A DNA stretch of 64,000 bases from Callorhinchus milii (taxonomy: Eukaryota). Shown here piece after piece: positions 11,708 to 25,768 of this stretch. The notes beneath the pieces were generated by a model. That model was not told the origin of the DNA, did not search any database, and was given only the letters and a program-made list of their open reading frames with translations. The stretch spans positions 21,638,001 to 21,702,000 of the forward strand of contig NW_024704745.1 in NCBI RefSeq assembly GCF_018977255.1, given 5' to 3'. A program made the translations under genes and the position numbers. Position 1 is the stretch's first letter; the number at the start of each line of letters is the position of its first letter.

Positions 11708-11999
11708 GAAAGAGCCATAATATGTTTGGACTCATGTTGGGAACTCTAGTGTTTGGTGAAATCATGGCCTCTAATTGGCATCCCATCATACTTTGTCAGC
11801 CAGGGGGAAGAGAAGGCACTGAGCAGATATCATTAAGTTTTGTAAATGGTTGGATTTATTTATAGACTGGGCATACATGAACCCCCCTCCCATCACACCA
11901 ATAACACTTGGCACTCAACAACAAGCTTGCTGATCAATTAATACCACTGCTCTCAGTGTTTTTGAAGGGGAAATACTTTATACTGAAAGTACTCGAAAG

Positions 12000-12466
12000 T
12001 AGTCAATTCACATTACAGTATAATCTTTGAAGCGCTTTGAGACGTCTAGACATGAAAAGTGCTATATCAAATGCAAGGACTATTATTATTATTACTCTGT
12101 CTAGCTTTACGAATACTTTAATGCAGGTTCAAAGCATACTTTATCTGTGAGAGGAATATCAGTGAAATCAGCCACCAATGGGTCACACTGTGGAGATAGT
12201 GTCCATTGATTAAGCATGAGAAATAGAGCATGGACAACAGGGAACCGCAAAATACTTGATTTTTACAAATAATAATAATCCTTGCATTTGATATAGCACT
12301 CTTCACGTCTTCTAGACGTCTCAAAGCTCTTCACAGAATATGCTATATATAAATTGACTGTATATCGTGGGCGAAACGCGGCAGCCAACTGCGCACAGCA
12401 AACAGTTGTGGACTGAAAATGACCAATCTATTATTGCTTTGTTTTTTGGTGGGATTATTATTAGGC
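12000..12466. mobile_element. Two truncated SINE copies tail-to-tail (12000-12094 +, 12268-12466 -)
   Basis: Both carry the family tail and (ATT)n. Confidence 0.85.
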
Positions 12467-12904
12467 TTATTATTATTAGTTATAAAAAACCCTTTATAAC
12501 TAAACTTACATTTTTTAAAGAAATTCAAGCACAGAGCAACTCAAGTATTCCATGTTTTCTAATTATACATTCATTAATATAAAGGGTAAAGATCCAACCA
12601 TTGCAATAAAGTATATATTGAACATAATGGCAAACCCTCAGAGCTCCACAAGATGTTTGTAATCTAGCTGCTAAACGAAATAAGCCTTATACAGCAGTGA
12701 TTTTAACTTGGCTTGTAAAAATCAACAGTTTAAGTACTTGCATTGTGATTAAACCAGGTTAATCTTCATGCATCTAGGCCTTGATGACTGAGAAAGACAA
12801 TTTTTTTTAAGTGTGGAGTTGATTTTCAAAACAGATCTTCATGAGGCAGAGGCAAACAAGTAAGTAAAGGTAAATAGATTATATTAGAGAGATAAAATAA
12901 AATT

Positions 12905-13235
12905 CCTTCATGCCCTAGCATTTCCCTACCTCTCTGATCTGCTTGAACCCCGCTCCTCTGCCAGCCCCCTTAGTTGAGCCACACAGGCCTGTTCCTCTGT
13001 GCCACCATTGGTGGCCGTGCCTTCAGTCACTGCACTCACCTCTGGAACTCTCAGCCTCAATCCCTCTGCCTCGTCTCCTCTTTTTCTTTAAATCCCACTT
13101 GAAGACTTATCTCTTCGACTGCCTCTATGTTCAGCTCCCCTTCCCCCCATTCTTGGCATCCAACCCCAACATTTTGCAGTGCTCCGAGGCACTATCCTGC
13201 TTGAAGGGCACTATATAAATGCAATTTATTGTTAA
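12905..13235 (+). mobile_element. L2 3' fragment
   Basis: CACCATTGGTGGCCGTGCCTTCAG…GGGCACTATATAAATGCAA. Confidence 0.8.
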
Positions 13236-13265
13236 AATAAGACTAGAATGGTGTAGTAGGGAAGA

Positions 13266-13403
13266 AGTCAATCCATTTTACAGTATATCCTGTGAAGTGC
13301 TTTGAGACATCTTGACAACGTGAAAACAACAAACTTGCATTTATCTAGCTCCCTTCACTTGGGGTAGCGCCCCACATGATCAAATGCAAGGAGTATTATT
13401 ATT
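13266..13403 (+). mobile_element. SINE tail interrupted by an opposite-strand L2-type tail (~13326-13378)
   Basis: GTGAAAA and TCAAATGCAAGG, normally ~10 nt apart, are separated by CAACAAACTTGCATTTAT…, the reverse complement of an L2 tail. Confidence 0.65.
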
Positions 13404-13409
13404 AAAAGA

Positions 13410-13640
13410 ATTCTCTTTTCAGATGTACACATGAAAGATTCCATGCCATGATTGGAAAACAGAAGGGAATTATTTCTTGGTGTCCTGGCCAACAATCCTC
13501 CTGATTAATCAGCCATTCACAACCCTGAGGGCTGTGTTATTAAACCTTGATGGTGCAAATGACTGCCGCCTTTCTATAAAAAAAAGTCACTATGCTTGAC
13601 TGAAATCACGCATGCAATGCTTTGATATATTTCAACATGT
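13410..13640 (+). mobile_element. Old SacSINE1-like Deu-SINE fragment
   Basis: AAGATTCCATGCCA…GGTGTCCTGGCCAACA…GTGCAAATGACTGCCGC resembles the Deu domain. Confidence 0.6.
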
Positions 13641-15219
13641 TAAGATGGCACAAAAGTGAAAGGTTTTTCTTTTACCACGCTACCACGTGAAAGCCACATT
13701 AGGGACAAATCCAATAAAAATAATGAATTGGTGTCATTGAAAATGGCAGTAAGCTGGCTGCCTAAAGAGGCACCAAGATGCATCCCATCTTTCCAGAAAC
13801 AAGCAACAAACACTGCTGCTGAAAATTGGTTGTAATATTGTAAGGTATCCAATATTATCGAAACTCAAATTGGTCAAGTCACTTATTGAAGAGAGACTCA
13901 AGTTGGTTTAAAACTGTAATCAATTTTGACTCGTCTCCCTCTAAGAAGATTCATGGTCATCTTGTTTAAATGGCTCTTCATTCAGTCTCACTCTTTCTGA
14001 TCACTAATCGCAGAAACATTTTCCTGGCATTGAGAACTCTGCTAAAAATGTGTGTTTTTAGCTTTTCTAAAATTAAAGGGAAAGATTTCTAGCATCGCCT
14101 CCTAGTTTTACTTTGTCTATTAACTCTTAGCCCCCAATACAGTTTTTTATCCATTATTATATTTTACATATAAAGTCTTTTCAAACTTTATTAAATACTT
14201 GTAGCAGAGGCAGTTGTTTTTTTTTATCATAACAAAGAAAAATTGCAAACATTTGTATAAATTTGCAGCAGCAATTCAATGACAAGACAAATAAAACCAT
14301 ATGGGCCAAATTGGGAGCCAGGAATTATTTTATTAATCAAAACAGAATTGTGCTGTTTTTTAAAGAATGAGAGATGTACATGTTTTGATGAAATAGGAAA
14401 TGGAAAGGCCTTCAAACAAATGCACAGGGAGAGGTAATGTATTTCACCTGGAGCAGAAAGCAGCATGAGGGAGAAAAGTAAATACACTACAGGAGGTGTC
14501 TGGCCATTTGTACTTCACAATTTTATGGTCGTTATTAAGACTCGCAAAGTAACCTGAGCCACATCAATTGCTCTTTTAGATGACAACATGGTTGTCAATG
14601 TTATATGCCTTTTTGGCAGCATTGTAACAGGTGTCTCTGTTGCTTCAGAACGAGTTTCTAGTTCTTTCTAAACTGGGACTTCAGGCAGGGGCATTTACAC
14701 TAGAGCAGTAAGATATCATCAAACTGAACTTCCATGGTTTTCTGGCCAGGGCCAGGTGAAGCTGCCAGCCTGCTTTGACAGGCTACCTAGAAGTTTTCAG
14801 CATTGCTGGTGTCTCCAATCTTTCTACAGAGTTCAAGGCTGGAAATTACACAGTTTAGAAAAACAAAATCATAATTCACTGCTTAAAACGTGCAAAGTTG
14901 TTTCCACGCTACCACTATTGCTTTATATTCCACCAGCAAACCAGGCAGATTCTAGGCAACAGTGTCAGGCTATATGAGAATTAATTTTAGTTAAGCAATA
15001 ACAGCAGAATTAAACGGAAGCAAATAGAACATTAGATATTTTAAAATATCTAATATTTTAAAATATAAAGAGGAAGGAAAACAAAAATACGAATGTCATA
15101 GATCCAAAACATCCAGGATCCCAAATCCACACACTCTAGTAATTCCTATTATTACTATTAGCCAGATTGTGGTGGCAGATGAGTGACTAAAAGAAGCGTC
15201 AGAATACTGCTGGCTATCA

Positions 15220-15610
15220 ATAGCAAATTGAATTTATATAGCGCCCTTCAGGCAGGCTAACATCTCTGAGCGCTTAATAGTGGCAGAGCTTAACACTGAG
15301 CTGGGGAGATGACCGTAGGCATGGTCAAAGAGGAAGGACTTCAGATGTGATTTCAGGCAGCAACAGAGGCGTGGTGTGGAAGCAGGTCAGAGAGGTAAGG
15401 CCAAGGCATGAACTGATTTGTAAATAAATGTTAGGATCTTGAAATCGATCAGTTTGTGACAGTGAAGCCAGGCAAGGACTCGGGTGATGGGGTTACAGAG
15501 TTTGGTCCGGGCGAGAATAGATAGAGTTTTAAATTAAATGGATTTTGCGAACGGTAGAGCTGGGGAGTTCGGCGAATAGAGCATTGGAATAATCTCCAAT
15601 TTGAGAATGA
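15220..15610 (-). mobile_element. L2 3' fragment
   Basis: ATTTATATAGCGCCCTTCA…GGCATGGTCAAAGAGGAAG…GGATCTTGAAATCGATC. Confidence 0.78.
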
Positions 15611-15744
15611 CAAAAAGAATTCTCCAAAACAAAAAAAACACATCTGGACAAACCGAGATTGATCAACAACTTATAGTCATGATAAACAATGACAAAAACA
15701 CCCAAAAACTGAAAAAAAAGTACTTCAGCCTCATCAGACAATTA

Positions 15745-16102
15745 TTTTATAATGATCTTTGCATTTGATATAGCACCTTATCGCGTGTTCGAGAAGTCTC
15801 AAAGTACTTCGCGGGAATATACTGTATAGTGTAGTGACTGTACTTTGTGGGCGAAACGAGGCAGCCAATTGCACACAGCATAAGTGGATTGAGTGACCAA
15901 ATCATTATTATATTTATTTATTTTTTGGAGGGATTATAATCCCCGGAAAGCGATCTGCCAATCGACTAACAACTGGGTTCCTACCTACTGCTAGGTAAAC
16001 AAGGCGTGTGGAATAAGGAAACGCCTAAGGTTTTGCCATGCCCAGGAATCGAACCTGGGTACACTCGCTTGCAAGGCAAGCACGCAAACCACTATGGTAC
16101 AG
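15745..16102 (-). mobile_element. SINE, long subfamily, near full length
   Basis: Tail, body, extra ~60-bp segment (GGAAAGCGATC…CCTACCTACTGCTAGGTAAAC) and tRNA head. Confidence 0.85.
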
Positions 16103-18141
16103 TAGTGGTTAGTGGATTATTCCCAGCCTCCGCAAGAGTTTCAGAATACAGCCGATAAACTCATTTTCAAGTAGCCTTGCTAGGTACATGTCAATTTTAT
16201 TTATTGTTCCTAGTGTATTTATTTGAGGTTATTCCACTCAACTATATCCCCTAAGCATATAAACAATGGTTGTGAAAGAGTTCTTCACATGCTGTAATTA
16301 TACAGTTCTGTACAAGCTTTTTCTATGAAGCAGGATCAGCAGAATGCAAATCATCCCAGAAATTAGCATTATTTGAAACTGTACCAATGTTGAACTCTAA
16401 ATTCAAATCATGGTGTGAATTTGGTGCCTGTTCTGAGACATGTGTTGCCACAGGAACCCAGTTGTTGATTTGTATTCTAGTGGAATTCTGGCTTTTACAT
16501 ACTCTACCACATAAATATCAGCATCAGGCTCTGATGCAGAAGTGGGCATGAGGCAGCGTGAAGTGAACATGAGGCTATAAGTTACCAGCCAAAAATACAG
16601 TTGTGTGAAGTTTCTTTTATGCGTGTCAGGTTACTAAAGAGACGTTTTGTTCACTGCACAAATCACATCCTTCGTAATTTCACACGCATGCAAGCAACTT
16701 TACACTGTACAATGCGATTTTTTTGCCCATATATGAAGGCAAGAGTTTATACTTTTGTAACAATTTAAGGTTAGAGAAAGATATAGGCATAAAATGGTAA
16801 AATAGCAAGATAGTGGTAGAGAGACAGAAGGCATAGGTTAGTAGTATAGTGACAGGATAACTGAGATTTGTTTTAGTTTGCTTTAGCTAATTTATATTTT
16901 GAGTAATGCACCATTATCTGAACTGTGTCCCAATTAGTGCAGATAATTGGCTCTCTATTTCATTGAACTAATCTTCACTTCTCATCCTCAATCTCTTCCC
17001 CCTCTACAACCCCAATTTCTTACAATCAAATTAAAATTGGAAGCTGCTTGTATACGATTGATGGATTACCCCCCAAAAAATAACAAGAGTGCTAGAATGA
17101 GGCTGATGTGAATACATATAACTCATGGGGTGGTACTTGAATTTTAGAAATGATGTTCATGGTACATTACTGGACTGAACAGGGTTGGCCTCAAAAAATT
17201 AAAGCCTATTAAATGCTATGAAATTAATAATGTTTCTCAGCAGCCTTGTTGTAAACAGTGTAGTTGGCAAAGAGACTTCAAGAATCCGTGACCCAATACC
17301 AGGAATACTGGCAACAAAAGCCCATACTACACTATTATAATATATTGGCACCTCATTTCCACAAGATTTTAAAAAGCTATAAAATCACATGCACTATTCC
17401 GTTGAGTCAATGAGAAAAATATTGTACTACTTTAGGTGCCTATCCTCTCTATATACCAGTGACCCAGGAGCTGCAGTATTTTGTAAAATTAGTCATTCAT
17501 TCTTGTTCAGTATTAGAGACTAAAGGACGTAGGAATAGGATAACCCAGATAAGCTCTTTAGGAAGGCTGATGACGTAAAATGTTTAAGTCTTCTGCTGTA
17601 GTCCAATTAGTCCATTTATTAAGTTGACTTCTAAACTAGGTTACTGTCAGATTCTCTGTGGAGGAGTATCTTACTTCTGACTTTCCCATAGGAATACAGC
17701 TGGGATTGAGAACATAGTGCATTTCAGGGGATCTGTGGCACAAGATTATTTTCCATCTTGGGGCAAGAGAATATCAGAAAGAAGACTCACTTCTGGGACT
17801 GTCCTTGGGGACTTTTGGTGGCCAAATATAGGGTGATAGGTTGGAGGTCGGCTTTGCATCCATTTTCTTGCTTGACCTATTAAACTCGGCAGATGAACAA
17901 GCAGGATTTTAAAATATTCTATTCTTGGAAAGAAGATGGGAGAAAACCCATTCCATTGTCCCAATAAAGTGTTTCAAAAATTATACGCATCCTTAGAAGG
18001 TATTTTATAAATAAAAACTCTTATTGCTTGATAGTCCAGCATTACTATGGAATGTTCATTCAAAACCTTTTTTCTCACCCATTATTGGTATAAGTAAAGA
18101 CTTGATGAGAGCACCAAAGATTAGCTCCTTTATTTGAACAC

Positions 18142-18636
18142 CAACAACAAAATTTGTATAGCGCCTTTCACGTTGGGAGGACGTCCCAAGGGGCTGGACA
18201 ATCAGTGTTTTGGACCCGTTTCGGACCCGTGCTGGGGGTCGGGATTGGGAAGGGTGGAGGGCAGTGGGGGGGGGGATGGAGGGTGATCAAAGGCACGGTC
18301 GAAGATGAGGGTCTTGAGACGAGTCTTGAAGGAGGCAAGGGAGGGGTCGAGGTGGAGGGCCTGCAGGATGGAGTTCCAGAGTGTGGGGGCAGAGTGGCTG
18401 AAGGCCCACCCGCCAATGGTGGGACAGGCAAGGTGGGGGATGTGGACCAGGCCGGGGGTGGAGAATTATTACCGCTGGAAAGCGATCTGTCAATTGACTA
18501 ACAATGGGTTCCTACTTATTGCTAGTCAACAGAAGCGTGTGTTGTAAGGAAACTTGCTCTTAACTTTGGGCCATGCCCGGGAATCGAACCTGGGTCCTCT
18601 CACTCGTGAGGAAAGTGCTCCAACCAATAAGCTAAC
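18142..18636 (-). mobile_element. SINE 5' half (18464-18636) fused to an L2 3' end (18142-18463)
   Basis: Same orientation, direct junction, and no remaining SINE 3' half beyond the L2 tail. Confidence 0.8.
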
Positions 18637-20812
18637 AATGAAATGACTGTGACTTCAGGTTACAATGTCCTTCTAATGGAAAATAACCATATAAAACAGA
18701 TCCTTGCAGACTACATTTTGCAAATTTATTCACTGAATATGCATGGCCCCAAGGCTTATGGGGACAGTATAACAAGGGGACATTAGGTCTGTTGTGTCAG
18801 TGGTAAATTTTCTCTGCTCAGCAAAATGGAAACACTAATTACAAACCAGTTTGCCTCCCTCTCCATTGGTATAATTCTGTACTTTATTATATATCCAGTT
18901 TAATGCATGAAAATAAGTTTTATACCTTTCTGTACATTGCCTCTATGCTTTTCGTTTTTCTCTCAATGCCATTCTGCTCCATTGGCTTCTGGCAATGCAT
19001 TTCAAGAGAATTCTCTTCGTTGCTGGCTGGGTACGTTTATGAAGCAAATAGCTAAAAGCACACAAAGCAGAAAGGTGCTAGGTTTGATCACCAGTCTGGT
19101 TAGAGTAATCTGATCTATGTTAGGGTAGCAGTTATGGGTGTTATAAAAGGCCTCAGCGTCTAGGGTTAAGAAGGAGAAACTCAATCAGGGCTTCCCATTT
19201 GCCCACCTTGCTTTTCTTCAGCTTTCTTAATTCCTAAGCAACTATTTATCTATAGTATAAATATCCCATTTCAATACTGCATCTGGGGCTTTCTGGTACA
19301 ATGCGTTCAACATTCTCATTACCCTCTATCTGAAGAAACATTTTCTTATTTCATTTCCAATTGACATAGTGATCATTTTTAGACTGTATCCCCTTGTTTT
19401 AGATCCCTCTACCAAAGTCAAGAATTGTCACCCAGGGCCTTAAGCACTAGAACCCAGAAAAAGAAAATAAAGAGTCAGATACCTTCAGGTGATGAGGGAA
19501 GGAAATTGATGAGAATTTAAATATATTTATACATATACAAATTAGACTCATGGGACAACACATGAGCAGAATGAGAAAAAGCATGCATTTCAAAGTCCAT
19601 TCCTTGCAACCAAAGGTACAACAACACAAAGATAAACCGTTCAAAAAATTCTCCTTGACCTCTGAAAGTAATCAAGTTATAAATGCCAGAAGATCAATCC
19701 ACCATTACATTTTACATTGTTCAACCCTGACTGTACACATTCCACAAATGACATTTCTATGTTCCCAGGAGGCTCACAATCATAGTTTGTTCATTTAGGT
19801 GTATGCTTAATAACGATCTTGATCTGAATAAAATATCAATAGCTGATTTTTATGTATGTCAATTAACTGCTATTGATGAGGCTCCACCCGACTTCCCAAC
19901 TACTCCATAATAATAATCATAATCTCCACGGGAGGTAAGGGAAGCAGAAAAAAAAGTTTTTTTTTGGTCAGCCAGGTGTCTGAAACACATGTTTAAGTCT
20001 CCAAACTAAATCACTGAGTGTTCCACATATGTGTGGTCTCTGAGAGAAGAAACTGCAAGAGGAAACTTTGAAGCAACCACACATTTACGTGCTGTGCTCA
20101 TCAATGCTCAGTTATTTTCATATTATTGCTGGTGCATTGGATTTCATCACGCAGAGCAAACAGGAGGATTCCAGGCATCAATCGCCTCCAGCTACTTCAG
20201 AACCGGTTCTATTTGAACCGTTTCTCAAAGAGTCAGCAAGCTAAACACAGAATCAGCATTCAAATAAGGAGCATACCGTGTATACAATGTTCTTTAGTAC
20301 TATCCCCATGCCTATCTGGTCTATAGTTTCTGAATTCATGTCCCAACTCTTTTTGAAATCGTAGGGAAAGTGCCTCAACTTTGCAGAGACCAAACCAGAT
20401 CAGGTACTCACTGTGTGAGGGATCATGGGCTGCATCTATGTCTTTCTCCATGGCACAGCATAGGTCAGCATCGAAACAATTCTTTACTCCTCTGGGGTAT
20501 CAGTTATTTATAAGGTTCCCATTAAATGACTTGGAAATTGCACAATGGATAAAATTAATTCTGCTCATTGTTTATATTTCTGGAGAAATTCATTCCATCA
20601 CAGAAAGCTGTGGAGATTTTTTTTTAATTGTACAGTGCCTGTAAACTTAACAGCTCCAAATGATACAGTATATTCTCTGTCCAGCTATCCAGACAATTCC
20701 AGAAATACAATGAGTTTCCAACTTCAGAATTATTTTCTGAATCACAGCATCAAAACTACAGACACTTTGTACACATGCAGGTAAACACGGTGATGGTAGA
20801 TTGAGAGTTTCA

Positions 20813-21100
20813 GCAACAACTTGCATTATACAACACCTTGTGAGGGTAGCGTCTCGAAGCGCTCCATAGTGGTGTGGTTTGACGGCGATCTGGAAAGGGA
20901 GGGTAGGTGACCGAAGGCATAGTCAAAGAGGAAAGTCTTCAGGTATGATTTGAAGATTATCAAAGAGGGGGGCAAGGCAGAGGGATTGGGCAAGGTATTC
21001 TAGAGATTTGGGGTATAGAGGTTGAAAGCACTGTCGCCAGGAATGAGGGACCTAAACAAGACACGAGCCAGCTGAGTGAAAGTGGCGGGTAATGGAATGG
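20813..21100 (-). mobile_element. L2 3' fragment
   Basis: CAACAACTTGCATT…GGCATAGTCAAAGAGGAAAGTCTTCAGG. Confidence 0.75.
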
Positions 21101-21879
21101 GATGTGACTCTGCATCACATTCCAGGAAGTTTCCCAAAGAATTACAAAATTAGTCTGAAAGATTTGGATAGGTGCAGCCTTGTGTACAACATTTGAAGGT
21201 TGCTTCGGAACTTAAATTTGCCAAATGTATACGCCATGAGTGCAGGTGTTTAGTGTGGTGTAAGGATTTATTTAAAATCTGGTTTCTAAAAGATATTCTT
21301 AAGTTTCTTTGAATCAAGTATTGCATTATGATTGTCTCCACAAGTAGTTTAAGCATCCATTTATGGCCAATGGTCCGCACAATGGAAATAGTACCAAAGC
21401 AAGCTGGCTTTTCCAAGAATTCAGGCGTACTGGTTACACACAGGCACCACTTAATCAATCAATCAATTGATCTCCTGAAATCCACGTGCTTTACAATAAG
21501 ATAGATTTCAAGTTTACACCTAGTCATTACACAAACTTAACAACAGTCTGTTGTGCAAGTAAATACATCTTATCTTTGTAAACACATACACCTAAAACTT
21601 TGTCACGCATGGCCAAAGTACAGTGTGCTGTACAAAGATGTTGTGAGGTTCATGACATATACTAACAATCTTTATTTTTGAGACTGGCACAAGCACACAG
21701 ATTATACGGAACCTGATCTATTTTCACAGCATATTTTCCAGCCTGTGTACAAAAGGAGACTGATGTTTCACAGAGGTTCTCCAGATAATAGAAAGTAACC
21801 AAAATGACACAGTATTATTTGAGATGTGTATAATGTGCACAAGCACGTGTTTCGATAATACACATCAATTTTATTAACT

Positions 21880-22050
21880 AAAGTGGTGAAGCCAATTCCG
21901 GTGCAAAAGGCAGTGTCCCACAAATAGTGGTGGACTGGGTGACCACATTTTTTTTGAAGGGACTATCGCCCCGGGAAAGTGATACGCCGATCGACTAACA
22001 TCTGGGTTCCTAATTAATGCTCATTAAACAGAGGGGTGTGGAATAAGGAC
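21880..22050 (-). mobile_element. SINE long-subfamily internal fragment
   Basis: CAGTGTCCCACAAA…CCGGGAAAGTGAT…GTGTGGAATAAGGA. Confidence 0.75.
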
Positions 22051-25000
22051 ATCACAGAAGGAATCCAGAAACTAGTAGGAAAATACTGCATTCTTAAGGT
22101 TGGACTTTGGTCTATACTGAGTCAGATCCAAAATTATTATCAAGACACACGATTGTGTAATTTTTTAAAGACATCCTGTAACCTTGTATACATAATATGC
22201 ACACCTACAATTCTTTCACAAAATGTTTGCTGAACTTAAAAATAAACTATAAATGTTTCACTTGTTTTGTTCAACAGAAATAAGAGTTATTCCATTGCAG
22301 CTCAGACCAGATCAAATCCTTGAAACTCACATAATAATTGTACACAAATTCACGCCAGGGTGTACCTCTTAACCATTCACCCAAATGAAATAAACTCATT
22401 GTAGAATTTTGGAAGACTTATTTCCTTTCCTGCACAAATTGGGATACTTAATACCTTTAATGATAGATTAAGATCAAGAAGGTTTAATTGCACAGCGCAT
22501 TACATTAAAATGGTGTGTATAGAGTGGTACAGCAAGAGTGTACCCACCACATGGTAATTTCTCACCAGGATGCAATGGGGGAGACAAAGGAAGAAGTTGG
22601 AGTCAGAGGTTCCCCTTATGGAGCATGGAATAATAAAAGGCAAATATTACCACACGACACACTCACAGAATGATGAATACCAAAATGTGCTTAACCTGAT
22701 GCATTGTGAGTAAAATTGGTACGAATAATACACCACATGTTCACAGGAGTAAACTATACCACTACAGAATACTTGTGTTATTCAAATCTCAGTTCATTCA
22801 TTTTGTTTTTTAAAAAAGCATTAACTGCTCTGGGACACTATATAAATGCAAGTTGTCGTTGGCGTTTCTAGAATACTGTGAATGAATACATGAGGATTGT
22901 GTAATTGGTTTGGAAGAAACTGACAAAGCCAAAATTTTTTTTTTTTAATTTGGTGAGCGAGGTTAGGCCCCGCTCCCACCCCCCACTCTGAAAATTGGAT
23001 GTTGTAGCATCACAGTGCATTTACTATGGATTCTACAAGACGCATAGCAGATGTTAGTTCCTGAAAGTAGTTGCATTTGATATCATTTATGTGCTTTGTG
23101 CATGCACCTAGCATACTGCCAACACAATTTCATGGGAAAATGACTGTCATTCAGCCATGCTTTCTGAATTGTGCTCGGGGGTCCAATGGACAATCACATT
23201 ATAACTAAACTCACAAAATAACCAGGTTGTCCTGTTTTGTGCAAATTAAAATTAGGCAATGCCAGTGAACAACAATGTTAATTCTAAGTAAATCAGTCTT
23301 GAACCTGCAAGATATTACTTATCCCGAGATAAGTATCTGGAGTCAATCCCAGGGTGGTGGTTCTCAGCAGCTTCAGTCAACTACATTTTTAGGTCCAATT
23401 TCCAGTTTGAAAGGTGGTGTTTAGTCACCTAATAACGAATTGCATTCCACCAGTTAAGGCTGGGTCACATTCGCATAGTTTGCAAGCTTCATTTAACAAC
23501 ACTGAGTTTCATGAGGTAACTTGCTTTAAGCCTCCGATCACTATTAATGAAAAATCCATCTCCTTCCCAACATAGCTTTGGAGAATTGTAGTCACAAGCT
23601 AATAACTATCTGGGTTACCTGATTTGCATGAATAACCAGAACTCATTTTCATCATCTTATTTTGACAGGGAAATGGAGAAAGAGAGAAAACAAACAGAAA
23701 AGGAAAATAAAAATTGCAAAAGATTCAATCAGAAAATTTGGATTGTAATTGCAGCACTGCATCAATCTTTTTTACTTGCATCCACTTTTCATACAAATGT
23801 TGTTCCATTTTGGAACTGATTTCTATTCTAAGCCAACTCAAAGCTGATTTGAATGATCCAGCCCCTTGGCCCTGAAAATAGTGTTTCATAAGGTATTAAC
23901 CACTATGAGAGAAAGATTAGAGCAACAGCACTGATGCTATATTGTCCTTATATGGACTTTACTATGAGGCAACATTTTTACTGTAAAAATGCTATTTAAA
24001 ATAGCATACGATTTGTTCTGTTAATAGCTAAAGTTTAATTGAAACTGGACAATACAATGTCTCTGTCCCTTCCACTCTTTCAGAATGATAAAACAGGGTT
24101 TGTTACAAGCCCTTATAGCTTGCTATAACTAACCCCTACAGTACTAAATTTGTATCCTGAAGATGATAATCTGGTTGAATTAATATTTCAACAAAATAAA
24201 TAAGTATTTGCACATTATAGATATGACATTTAAATATCATTACATCTATTAATTGACCCTCTAAGCACACTATGAGTACACCAGATCTCCTTTCAACTTG
24301 CAAGTCCCTCAGTTTATGAATCTGAATTGGAGCTAACAGACAGAGGCACAAACTGGACATCTAATTGCTAGAGATGTATTTGTAGAAACCAACCAAAGAC
24401 TGTACCAATGCTAAATTACACTGAATTCAGTGAAAGTTTAAAAAAAAAGCAAATTCGATTTCAGCTTGGCAATTCAGCACCGATCAGGAAGAGGAACACA
24501 AATACCAGAAAAGTTGCTTCCTTCTGGAATGAAAATACTAAAATGATAACATTTGTATAGCGCCTTTCACGTCAGGAGCATGATAACTTCATGTTTAGGA
24601 TACAAGTAGTGAACACACTAATACTGGCCTTATTGAACTCTACAATTGGCTTTATGCTCAAACCAATTATGCTTGTTTGTTACTGACCTGCTTTTAAGGG
24701 GAGGAAGATTATACAATTATACGTAGTACACCTAGTAGGAGAAAAATGGAGAAAGCACTAAAACAGACGGCTCAAAGCGCTTCACAGAATATATTGCAAA
24801 GTGAATTGACTGGGTATTTTGTGGGCAAAACGAAACAATGATAGGAAGACCAATTGGGCTGTTTCATAGTTTTCTTATGCAGAGTGGGGGATGGGGAGTG
24901 TACCTGTAGGCTTGCCACACAACCTAAGTATATATAGAAGATTTAATGGAATGCTACTTTCTATTAATTTCATCTTATAAGAACTAAAGCCCTATTATCA

Positions 25001-25119
25001 CCTTGCCTACCTATATTATCTGAGAACTTTTGAATAAAATACCTGCCCTTATTCCCAACAGTGAGCTGGTGTCTCGTAACTAGTGATGGCTGTTCCCAAT
25101 GCATACATTATATAGTGCA

Positions 25120-25768
25120 ACTGTTTGTGGGACACTGCTGTGCGCAATTGGCTGCCGCGATTTGCTCACAAAATATACAGTCAATTCACTTTACAGAATA
25201 TTTTGCTAAGCAAGCGCTTTGAGACGTCTTGAAGACTTGATAAGACGCTATATCCAATGCAGAGATTATTATTCTTATTGTGATGTAAAATATAATTTAT
25301 AAAGCTGCATGTTAATGCGTTATCGTTTCGATTTGGTATTAAGAACCACTGAAGTTGAATACATAATATCTAGGAATCTATCTCAGAGGAAAAAAATCTG
25401 ATGACTAATAGAAATTTCAAATGTATACCTCAAAACCATCCAACTAAATAATAATACTAATAATAATCCTTGCATTTGATATAGCACTTTTCATGTGTTC
25501 TAGACATCTCAAAGCTCTTCACAGAATATACTGTAAGGTGAATTAGCTGTATATCTATAGGTGAAACGTGGCAGCCAATTGCGCACAGCAGTGTCCCACA
25601 AACAGTCGTGGATTGAAGTGAACAATTTATTATTGTTTTAATTCTTGAGGGATTATTATCAGGCGCGTGGAATAAGGAAACTTGCCCAAGGTTTTGCCCT
25701 GCCGGGAATTGAAGCCAGGTCGCTCGCTTGCGAGACGAGTGCTCTAACCACTGAGCTACAGGACTCCA
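25120..25768. mobile_element. Inverted SINE pair: 25120-25275 (+, 3' half) and 25458-25768 (-, full length, short)
   Basis: Family body and tail on opposite strands about 180 bp apart. Confidence 0.9.
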
